Positions 7,101 through 14,566 of a stretch of DNA of 52,565 nt are shown here, piece after piece. Origin of the DNA: Spirochaetaceae bacterium (GTDB lineage Bacteria; Spirochaetota; Spirochaetia; Treponematales; Breznakiellaceae); contig JAITNZ010000098.1 in the NCBI GenBank assembly GCA_031290205.1, positions 1 through 52,565 of the forward strand, read 5' to 3'. The notes under the pieces were generated by a model, which did not search any database, had not been told where the DNA came from, and was given only the letters and a program-made list of their open reading frames with translations. Positions within the stretch are counted from its first letter, which is position 1, and each line of letters starts with the position of its first letter. A program made the position numbers and the translations under genes.

Positions 7101-9087
7101 TTGTGCGGAGCTTAAACAGACCGGCAGTCTGAAGGTAATGGAAATTGATCCGGTGTTTCCTTCGGGCGACAAGATAAGCAATCAGGATGATGAAAAAAGG
7201 CTTTCGATTATCAGTACCGGACAGCGTGATATATATTACAAAAGGTATAAGACGCTTCCCTCGGCATTTAAATTTAAATTGAAGTATGATGCGAATATCC
7301 CTGCTGTTTACCGGGGGCTTGTTTTCCTTGAGCAAGCCAAGCAGTATCAGGCAGCTAATGTCGAATGGAATATAGGTCTTGATTTCGGAACCACATCTAC
7401 TACCGTTTTTTATACCACAAATTCCGCTGATTCTGCGCTTGAATTTCTCCAATTACTTACCGAATACACATGGAAGGAAGGTAATCCAAATCCGCAAGAA
7501 ACCAAAAAAATCGAGAATGATATGGTTGTTGTATGTAACAGTGGTGGAAGAGACTTACAAGATTTGTCGTACTATTTTATTGATGATAAATGCTTAAAAC
7601 AAAAAGGGTATATTACCGCATACGAACTCTTAGACACCACAGGGGGGTCTGCGGAGGATACGGTCTTTAAGTCGGGACGTATCTTCTGGCACAATGAGCG
7701 CAATCTTAAAATTGTTAATGCCACAGAAGGCAGGCGGGATAATCTGCAAACAAATATCAAATGGGATGAAAACCGCGATTACATAGGCAAGTTTCTAAAC
7801 CAACTTTTAACGCAAATAGTTTATAACGCAGCCAGTAAAGGTGTGCGTAAAATCAACTGTTTTTTTTCGTATCCTACGGCATTTAGTTTTAGAGAAAAAG
7901 GTCTTTTTCGCGATACGCTTGAGCGACTAGTTGAAGGCATCGAGGAGGATACTGGGGTTGAAATCACATTTAAGCCCGAAAACCTTATAACGGAAAGTAT
8001 CGCTGCGGCATTTTATTTTAGAAAAGATTCGCGGCACAGGCTTTTTCTTTGCGTTGATATTGGAGGCGGCACAAGCGATGTTTCAATCTGGACGCCTGAT
8101 GTAAATTTGTTTCAAACTTCAATTCGTTTTGCTTCGCGCAATATGTTTATTGCCCCGCTTGAACGGCTTCTTAAAAGAAAAAGCGTCATGGATGTGGTGC
8201 GAAGTCCTGATGTTGCAGACGGCATTCACACGATGCTTGAATACGGCGGCGGCGATACCCCCAATTCAAAAGATAAGATTAAATTCTTTATCGAAACTGT
8301 TCTATTTGAATATTACGATAAATTTAAACAAAGGCTGGATTCTCTTAAAGGCGAAGATGAACTCTGCTACAAAAACTTTAGATATTGTGTTTTTATTGCT
8401 TATTCTGCATTGTGTTACTATCTGGCAAATATCATCGTTTCATTATTAAAAGTTGGAAAAATTGATAACGATGTTACCGACCTTGTATTCGGGCTTTCCG
8501 GCAAGGGGTCCAAGCTGACAGATTGGATAAAAGAAATTTGCCCTAAAATTTACGAAGAAATTCAAAGCTTTATACTGGAAAAAACCGGAGTTTCAATTAA
8601 ATTCCGTCCGCAATTTTCCGCCGACTCCGCCAAGACAGAGACCGCCAAAGGGCTGATTTGTAATTTGGTAAACGGCAAACAGAAAGAATCAGGCGAAGGC
8701 GCGGAACCCATGATGTATTTAGGAAGCAGTATAGAATTGGCAAAAGGATCTGATACTCCACGTTGTTACAGCAAGGCTGATTTTGTTAATGTATATACGG
8801 ACGAGTTGATCAAAAATCCCGTGGAATTAAAAGTAAGCATAGACAGGGAACTGGCGGATTTCGGCGAGTTTTTAGATTTCTTTAACAGGCTTGCAGAAAA
8901 GACACGTGGGGAAATGCCGGAGATCTCAATTGATTGGTATCAAAAAAACAAAAAATCTTTGTGGAATCAAATAGAAAAAGTCTTTAACGACATCTTAAAA
9001 GATAAGCGTTTCGAGCCTCCTTTTATCGTCATAATCAAAGAATTTTTACAATTTTATACCGAGGAGTACTTGTATGAAAACAAATAA
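4147..9087 (+). CDS. Island gene 3: 1646-aa fusion of an FtsZ/tubulin-like GTPase domain (N-terminal) and an actin/Hsp70-like ASKHA ATPase domain (C-terminal)
   Basis: A 4.9-kb ORF in AT-rich DNA, with AGGAG RBS. N-terminal motifs: IIGIGGTGHK (aa 6-15), ITIDADD (43-49), GFYGHTSIG (132-140), GSIFGGTGASAIPVV (171-185). C-terminal motifs: NIGLDFGTTSTTV (1075-1087), LCVDIGGGTSDVSIW (1301-1315), LVFGLSGKGSKL (1446-1457). Domain calls rest on motifs, not on an alignment. Confidence 0.9.
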   Translation: MSTLHIIGIGGTGHKLITACIHLAACGAFKGKGTNDINLIRMITIDADDSNGNLSHAKQVAASYHKFYSVLGQSQTLGLVEIQPLTSVRLYQNDKKSINETFNIAQYRDTDTDKFVHFLYTKEEIETQFDQGFYGHTSIGTLIVKNILKQDENWQGFLSGIYENDFVFVLGSIFGGTGASAIPVVLDELKERQKEDAIKYAALILTPYFNTIGDIKEEGVLQPDSKNFQVKAKAALYYYEKEKQNENADAIYIIGEPKENFSNEAASRGASDQLNKAHMVELFAASAIIDFIKYANDRPKQKIITAERETLNGEYYYTWNMLHKIDALLPEKIKKLIKAAIFYNKVLYRDLINNDEKSGTWIGNYNKELLSRIDDDQNLLYENIYAYFTKLIRWFYDLHKRNSAEIDQNSGRPKWSDDKRAKLFHAEYLALFDESSVQGSDIKDFEKLVYNDENPKKSEKIYVQICSAKGAGFIPLFDALDAAITSKKRGLFDPKPEKIPENFTIVPYLSKENNASFTRQNADTNQLWSYSESSLLSKIADGLPFVLGDEFTKDDISIPSPWSIFISNELTLTEKKFAGLNKTSYNQWCGFLALLALRKLRRYENDGLELKQLSLDDGEFVKTVGDTCIPYSFIFDNRQWTTCWNISLDGETIGFLAVNTIVCPAYSFSAKTKTKLHQMAPSIVNENGEFLSPDNYFADQSQRVNRDARYALSIFLSELKRIIRTEAATNEKPIINSLQHLIEKFIESLGRTSSNPDISIPNYQPPTDIRDLFDKLDIQSNAIIELPFRLTGTKKNAVLIGLNVCGIGSSTPQAASIFITPNYKYNQINADSIQQLSGNDKDGYLLLYDIELLCDTMLIIKKDDTSVFHTLSNNNSSLPGIDVIWPVNERLLELYDAAQINGMLGISKNDDTFTVSLDLKLASGKTHTVTKSYKIKSGDSNAEDADNSGFCYTFDRENLPLWAVWPYSEILNTEGKNTWKRYNCYCAELKQTGSLKVMEIDPVFPSGDKISNQDDEKRLSIISTGQRDIYYKRYKTLPSAFKFKLKYDANIPAVYRGLVFLEQAKQYQAANVEWNIGLDFGTTSTTVFYTTNSADSALEFLQLLTEYTWKEGNPNPQETKKIENDMVVVCNSGGRDLQDLSYYFIDDKCLKQKGYITAYELLDTTGGSAEDTVFKSGRIFWHNERNLKIVNATEGRRDNLQTNIKWDENRDYIGKFLNQLLTQIVYNAASKGVRKINCFFSYPTAFSFREKGLFRDTLERLVEGIEEDTGVEITFKPENLITESIAAAFYFRKDSRHRLFLCVDIGGGTSDVSIWTPDVNLFQTSIRFASRNMFIAPLERLLKRKSVMDVVRSPDVADGIHTMLEYGGGDTPNSKDKIKFFIETVLFEYYDKFKQRLDSLKGEDELCYKNFRYCVFIAYSALCYYLANIIVSLLKVGKIDNDVTDLVFGLSGKGSKLTDWIKEICPKIYEEIQSFILEKTGVSIKFRPQFSADSAKTETAKGLICNLVNGKQKESGEGAEPMMYLGSSIELAKGSDTPRCYSKADFVNVYTDELIKNPVELKVSIDRELADFGEFLDFFNRLAEKTRGEMPEISIDWYQKNKKSLWNQIEKVFNDILKDKRFEPPFIVIIKEFLQFYTEEYLYENK

Positions 9088-10459
9088 GGTAGTTTTAATC
9101 TTAGCAACTTTATTATTTTTTATCAGTAATATATATGGTCAAGGGGCTGATGATGCACAGGATGTGCATCAACCAAGTAGTATAAAACAAGCGCCGCAAA
9201 ATGACGGGTCTCAAGGAAATACTGGGGAAACTGAAAGCACTGCAGGCAAATCAGGCAATGCCGGTGCACCTGTGCAAACAAGGAACCAAACAAATAATTA
9301 TGTACAACAGCAACGAAACTCCGCGAAAAGAAAAATTGATACTATGGTAAAAGATAATGAGTATGCAGAAAGCAGATTAGTTATGATTAATCACTTAAAA
9401 AGCGAGGCGATAAAAAGTATTGAAGATGCGCAATCCGAAGATATTGACGGTATTATTAACCGTTTTAAGGCTGGCATTGAAGAAATTCCAAGTAACACAA
9501 AAATAGAATCATTCGAGTCGGCGATAAATAACCATTTAAGAGTCGGCGTAAAATCCGACGATTATACCGTTTATAAACTAAACGAAATACAGAGCTTAAG
9601 AGAGGAATTCAAAAACAATATCGACTCATGGCAAAGCGTACAAAAAATAGAGGAGGAAATTAATAGAGTTATCAATGAAATAGACAAGATTCCGACTGCA
9701 AAAGAACAGGTAGACGAACTAATACAACAACACTTGAACGACAGAATAAGCACCATAGAAAAAGATATTGCCGAAAAGACGCCTTTTGAATTCTTAAAAG
9801 AACAAGCCATCGCGTTAGTAGGGGTTTTACTCGCACTGGCGATAGTTGCTTTATTAATTATACATATAAGAAAGGTAAAAAAGAATTTAGGCGATAACAA
9901 GAGTGATATCGACGCCAATCAAGTTGTTATCAAAGAAATACAAGAATGGATAAAAAATACTGACGAGCGGATTAACGAACAAAAATCGAAGTACCGCAGT
10001 CTTGAAAATAAAATTTCGGATAACGAGAATAGCAGTAAAAGAAATTTTGATAATTTAAGTAAAAATATCGAATTACAAAAAACCGCTTTGTCGAGCGAAA
10101 AAATTGCACCGGAACTAATACCCGATGATCCGGTAGATGATTTTAATAATTGGGCTTGTAATCCACTAAAAATACTCCCGTCACGTTTTTATTATCTAAA
10201 AGGTGATATTAAAGTAAGGAACGAACAGATTTTTGTAGAATCTGAGGCGGAAAGCAAATGGATTACAAACAGACTAGGAGCGCAAAAATACCTTTTCCCT
10301 AATCCGCGTTTTTTTTATGAAGCAACGGATATAAGGGAATTGTATAAAATAACGGGGACGTTAAAAGCGAAGGGGCAAAACAATATACGAATAAGCGAAC
10401 CCTGCAAAATACTCGATAAGGGTTATATTAATTACGCTGGTAAACTAACGTTGTTGTAG
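9074..10459 (+). CDS. Island gene 4: bitopic coiled-coil membrane protein with a conserved ~105-aa C-terminal domain
   Basis: Overlaps gene 3 by 14 nt. GAGGAG RBS. Sec-type signal MKTNKVVLILATLLFFISNIYG, then a Q/N-rich and helical region, then the TM ALVGVLLALAIVALLIIHI (~nt 9808-9870), then coiled-coil. The C-terminal domain (nt 10142-10456) is paralogous to nt 10848-11162. Confidence 0.85.
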   Translation: MKTNKVVLILATLLFFISNIYGQGADDAQDVHQPSSIKQAPQNDGSQGNTGETESTAGKSGNAGAPVQTRNQTNNYVQQQRNSAKRKIDTMVKDNEYAESRLVMINHLKSEAIKSIEDAQSEDIDGIINRFKAGIEEIPSNTKIESFESAINNHLRVGVKSDDYTVYKLNEIQSLREEFKNNIDSWQSVQKIEEEINRVINEIDKIPTAKEQVDELIQQHLNDRISTIEKDIAEKTPFEFLKEQAIALVGVLLALAIVALLIIHIRKVKKNLGDNKSDIDANQVVIKEIQEWIKNTDERINEQKSKYRSLENKISDNENSSKRNFDNLSKNIELQKTALSSEKIAPELIPDDPVDDFNNWACNPLKILPSRFYYLKGDIKVRNEQIFVESEAESKWITNRLGAQKYLFPNPRFFYEATDIRELYKITGTLKAKGQNNIRISEPCKILDKGYINYAGKLTLL

Positions 10460-10481
10460 GAAAATTGACACAGGAAACAAT

Positions 10482-11165
10482 ATGACTCCAGAAGCAGCGC
10501 AGCCCCAAACACAAAACATACCGATAAATAATACTCTCCAAGATAATGATATGCAAGCAATGGTGCAACTTCTCCAGCAAGTATCAAATCATTTCAAAAT
10601 TTGTCAAAGCAAGAAAAAGAATGAAATCAACGAAAAAGATTCCTATATATGGAGGCTTTCCGACGCATATAAAAAGTTGCAGCAAGAGAATGTTTCATTA
10701 AAAAATGAATGTAATAAAATAGAACAGGAAAAGATAAATTTATTACAGGAAAACAACAAGCTACGTCAAGAAAATTTTACTCTAAAACAAAAAAACAATG
10801 CGCCGCCTATAATAAACAATGTGGGGGATAATAATATAATCGTCGAATTTAACGCATGGGCGTCGAATCCGGTAAATCATTTGCCGGTAAGTTTTAAGTA
10901 TATAATCGGAGATATAAAAGTCCGAAACGAGCAAGCGCTCACGGAATCCTCTGTCGAAACCAAATGGATTACCAATAGGAACGGGAGCAAAACTTATCTA
11001 TTCCCCAATCCGCTTTTTTTTTACGAAGCAACAGACATAAGGGAATTGTATAAAATAACAGGGGCATTAAAAGCCAAGGGGCAAAACAAAATACAAATCA
11101 TCAAAGCATGTGAAATTCTCGATAAAGGTTATATTAATTATCCCGGAGAATTACAATTGATATGA
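10482..11165 (+). CDS. Island gene 5: soluble coiled-coil protein with the same C-terminal domain as gene 4
   Basis: AGGAA RBS. Heptad-like LQQENVSLKNECNKIEQEKINLLQENNKLRQENFTLKQ. The C-terminal 105 aa are about 70% identical (hand count 73/105) to the C-terminus of gene 4. Confidence 0.85.
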   Translation: MTPEAAQPQTQNIPINNTLQDNDMQAMVQLLQQVSNHFKICQSKKKNEINEKDSYIWRLSDAYKKLQQENVSLKNECNKIEQEKINLLQENNKLRQENFTLKQKNNAPPIINNVGDNNIIVEFNAWASNPVNHLPVSFKYIIGDIKVRNEQALTESSVETKWITNRNGSKTYLFPNPLFFYEATDIRELYKITGALKAKGQNKIQIIKACEILDKGYINYPGELQLI

Positions 11166-12766
11166 ATGAGCAAATAGTAATTGCGTATTCCGCATGGTTC
11201 CTGCTATGTTATTTAATTCCTTTAATCGTTTTTAATAAAAGAAATATAACGACAAAAGACATGATAAACCTTAGCAATCTAAAACTCCAAGCGGTATTTG
11301 ATAATCAAAAGGACAATGTTGTTTCAATAAGCAGCGACTTCCCAGGGTTTTTGAAAAATCTTGAAAAAACAAAGAACAATCTTGTGATTCGTATTCTGCG
11401 TCGTATGTGTAACGACGCTAAATCGGGGCTTAGGTTAAATCCTAATGTATATATTTTGAACTACAAAGATATGTGCCGGGGTTTTGTTTTTTATATATTT
11501 TTATCCGCGCACATTCCATTCATTGCTCTCTATCTTATCGACGCAGACTTTATTTCAAAATTAATTTTTATGCAATCAAGTTCCTATGTGCTTATTCTGT
11601 TGTTGAAAAAAAGCACCGACCATAAAACATCGCTGTTTTGCAAGAATTTTTACACTCATTGGTATGATAAGATTCTGAATTTCGATTTAATTGCTATAAA
11701 CGCGCTTAAACCTGCCGTTTTAAGCGCGTTAAACACCGAAATAAATAACAATCTGCTTGCCGCGGTTAAATCCTTTGCACAAGAGGACGAAGCCCAATTC
11801 AACAAGCTCGCTTTTGCCGCACAGGATTTATCATTACATTTAGAGAAATTTACCGAATTGCAAAATGGAAACGGAAGTATAACGGCGGATAAGATAACTC
11901 ATTCACTGGATAATATTCTAAAAAAAATTATTGAACTTAATGCTGATTTTGACAAAATGAATGGGGTTATGACTACTTCATTCTCGAATCTTGTTAGTAT
12001 TTCAGATAACAATAAACTTGATATTAACGCAATGAATCAAAATGCTTGCCTTTTACGAGAACTAAAAGATGCTTTTGTGTCATACCAAAGCGAAGCCTTA
12101 TCCCCGGCATTGGCTCATCTTCAGAAAATATCTTCCTCACTTGAAAATGATATTAGCAAAACTTTTGCCTCTATCGATACGACGATAAGTACGAATACCG
12201 AAAAATTACTTTCAAGTTACGAACGGTTTTTTGAAATTTGCGAAACATTTAACAAGTCTATGTCAGTTTATTACGAATCAGGCAATATTGATACGCTCAA
12301 ATCCTTAAACGAAACGTTCTTCGATGAACTTGAAAAGATTGGGAATCAAAACAGGGAAATACAGATTGCTTTTAAGAGCTGCTCCGATTCGACGAAAAAA
12401 CTTTGTGAATCAACCTATGATTTTGCCCAGTATACCAATTCTTCGGATTTTATGAATAAGATACGCAGCAACATCAATTTTCGAAAGCGCCTTAACGCTG
12501 CACAGGAAAAATTAGTATCTTATGAAAAAATTGTTAAGCTATACGAAGAGAACAGTGATTTATCCGCAGAGGATATTAAAAAACAATTTTATAATCTACT
12601 AAATGCACTTGAAGGTGATTTTAATACTCGCATACTTTATCTTGAAAATCGCTTAGATGCGCTCGAAGCACAGGCAACGCCCCATCGACAAACTCAGGGA
12701 CCGGCGCCAGTTGCTGAGCCTGTCGAAGCAATAGAAAATCCAGTCCCTAAAATAAATGGGCAGTAA
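11162..12766 (+). CDS. Island gene 6: polytopic membrane protein with a long helical cytoplasmic region
   Basis: ATGA 4-nt overlap with gene 5. Hydrophobic segments IVIAYSAWFLLCYLIPLIVF, GFVFYIFLSAHIPFIALYLI and SSSYVLILLL. About 350 aa of helix-rich sequence follow, then a Pro/Ala-rich tail. Confidence 0.8.
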   Translation: MNEQIVIAYSAWFLLCYLIPLIVFNKRNITTKDMINLSNLKLQAVFDNQKDNVVSISSDFPGFLKNLEKTKNNLVIRILRRMCNDAKSGLRLNPNVYILNYKDMCRGFVFYIFLSAHIPFIALYLIDADFISKLIFMQSSSYVLILLLKKSTDHKTSLFCKNFYTHWYDKILNFDLIAINALKPAVLSALNTEINNNLLAAVKSFAQEDEAQFNKLAFAAQDLSLHLEKFTELQNGNGSITADKITHSLDNILKKIIELNADFDKMNGVMTTSFSNLVSISDNNKLDINAMNQNACLLRELKDAFVSYQSEALSPALAHLQKISSSLENDISKTFASIDTTISTNTEKLLSSYERFFEICETFNKSMSVYYESGNIDTLKSLNETFFDELEKIGNQNREIQIAFKSCSDSTKKLCESTYDFAQYTNSSDFMNKIRSNINFRKRLNAAQEKLVSYEKIVKLYEENSDLSAEDIKKQFYNLLNALEGDFNTRILYLENRLDALEAQATPHRQTQGPAPVAEPVEAIENPVPKINGQ

Positions 12767-12781
12767 CAGGGTGAAACAATT

Positions 12782-13945
12782 ATGGAAAATATACCGCTCG
12801 TCATCTGTGGCGTTCCTCTAGTATTCGGGTTATTGAACTTATGTATTGAATTAAAATTACTCACCATAAGAAACAAACCGATACGGTATATTACCTCGTT
12901 TTTTGTTCGTGTTTACGATAATTGTTTTATTCCCCTCTCTGTTATAACAATAGTATATTACACGCTTACTATTTTTCTTGATGGCAAGAGTGGACTCTTT
13001 TTGATTTGTATCGGATGCTTTGTCTTAGCAGCATTTGTCATTAACACAATCAGGGAACGGACTTGTTTTTTTACTTCGCCCGACGACTATGAACCTCAAC
13101 ATAGTGAATATAAAGCCGCTTTTACCTTTATAGATACTTACCATGAAATAACAAAACTCAACAGAAATGTATTACAGGATATTGCGGAACGAAAAAAACT
13201 TTTGCATGATAAGCACAATGAACTCGAAAATCTTATTGCAACGGCAACTAAAAATATAAACAACTATGTAGTATTTCAACAAGAGGGATGTTCGCTATTG
13301 TTTGCCAAAAAAAAACAATGTGAAGCAATATATGTAATTCTGGAACAGACCGCTGAAAAGCTCAATGATACTTTAACAAAACTAGCGCAGAGACTGGAGT
13401 ATTCAGCGGCGGCGCTTTGCTACTACGGTGAAAGCGATGTTTTGATTAAAGACATCCATACTTCTTTTAAAGATGCGTATAATCAAAATAATGAAGAAAC
13501 TATGCGAAACATCGAAAAGATTCTATCAGATTTAAGCGTATTGGCATTCAAATGCGCCGACATTCAATCTTTTCCAAAATCGTATAATAATGCCATCAGT
13601 ATTTATTCAGGGAAAATAATGAGCGTATTACAAATGTTCGAGCGGGAAAGCACAGAGAACAAAGAACAGATAACACAACTCTGCACCGAAATCTTAGAAA
13701 AGCTTATCGGAAAAGAAAGAGAAATGGTTGAAGTAAATAAGAGGTCCATGGAATATATCCTCAAAAACAATTTTGTGCTTTCAAAGATAGCTCAAAGTTA
13801 TGATAATTCAATTATTGCTTTCAAAAATCCAAACATTTATAATTCGACATTACGCAGGCGAAAAACCTTTTGCGACAAGTGCGGCACAAAAATTGAAGAG
13901 ACACATACACGATGTCCGAGATGTGGTACTTCAATTTATGTTTGA
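12782..13945 (+). CDS. Island gene 7: membrane protein with a helical region and a C-terminal zinc ribbon
   Basis: 15-nt gap from gene 6. Three N-terminal hydrophobic segments. The C-terminus is CDKCGTKIEETHTRCPRCGTSIYV (CxxC-N10-CxxC). Confidence 0.8.
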   Translation: MENIPLVICGVPLVFGLLNLCIELKLLTIRNKPIRYITSFFVRVYDNCFIPLSVITIVYYTLTIFLDGKSGLFLICIGCFVLAAFVINTIRERTCFFTSPDDYEPQHSEYKAAFTFIDTYHEITKLNRNVLQDIAERKKLLHDKHNELENLIATATKNINNYVVFQQEGCSLLFAKKKQCEAIYVILEQTAEKLNDTLTKLAQRLEYSAAALCYYGESDVLIKDIHTSFKDAYNQNNEETMRNIEKILSDLSVLAFKCADIQSFPKSYNNAISIYSGKIMSVLQMFERESTENKEQITQLCTEILEKLIGKEREMVEVNKRSMEYILKNNFVLSKIAQSYDNSIIAFKNPNIYNSTLRRRKTFCDKCGTKIEETHTRCPRCGTSIYV

Positions 13946-13969
13946 AGTGCAATAAATGCATTTCCCCAG

Positions 13970-14248
13970 CTATAATGATGTTTCAAGGATATTCCTGAGG
14001 GCGCTCCCGCTTCCGCAGTGGGATTGCACAAGGGTAATCCCACGGCTTGCCGCTTCTTTGCGCGCGACTTTTGCCATATCATGTGAAACCGGATTCGTAA
14101 AAAGAACGATTAAATCCGGGTTCCCGATGAGGCAGTTCAAATTACATTTCTTCTGGGTAAACACCTTCGCCTTACAGCCAAATTCTTTACAGATGTCCTT
14201 ATACTGACAATGCATCCCATCGTGCCCACCGACAATAACTACACTCAT
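13970..14248 (-). CDS. DUF2325-like small protein
   Basis: 92 aa. AAGGAG RBS. MSVVIVGGHDGMHCQYK...DLIVLFTNPVSHDMAKVARKEAASRGITLV matches my memory of the DUF2325 pattern (ivGGhd...D.vi.ft..vsH). The flanking GC level resumes at this gene. Confidence 0.6.
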   Translation of the reverse strand: MSVVIVGGHDGMHCQYKDICKEFGCKAKVFTQKKCNLNCLIGNPDLIVLFTNPVSHDMAKVARKEAASRGITLVQSHCGSGSALRNILETSL

Positions 14249-14338
14249 TTTGACTCCTTTTTACCCACATTTGTAAGTATTAATTGCATATTTTCACCTT
14301 TTACTTGTTATTCTTGTTAGTTTAATCTAACAAAAGTT

Positions 14339-14367
14339 ATGTTAGAAGAAACTAACAAAAATGTCAA
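14339..14367 (-). promoter_or_regulatory. Candidate promoter for the DUF2325 gene (TTGACA-17-TAACAT)
   Basis: Minus strand reads TTGACA (14367-14362), a 17-nt spacer, then TAACAT (14344-14339). Confidence 0.35.
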
Positions 14368-14566
14368 TACTGGTGTCTGATTTGTATCTCGTTTCTTAAT
14401 CCGTTCGAGCCCTGGGAGTCGTAACACCTGCCTAGCAGCCTGTCGCTCTTCATCTGGGAAACACCCTGATAGTGTGAAAGATACCGGACAAAATCGGGGG
14501 ATTTGTTCATCTATCTTACCTCTTTTAAGTTCGTTTTGCACAGGGGGGGGAAGTGCAACAGGCTGC

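Noticed and set aside
13542-13556. Sigma-54 promoter-like TGGCAT-N5-TGC
   Set aside because: The GG-to-GC spacing is one nt short of the -24/-12 consensus. The site lies inside island gene 7, far from any start codon.
14401-14420. tRNA T-arm-like GTTCGAGCCC
   Set aside because: The flanking bases do not form a 5-bp T stem. No acceptor, D or anticodon arms can be drawn on either strand.
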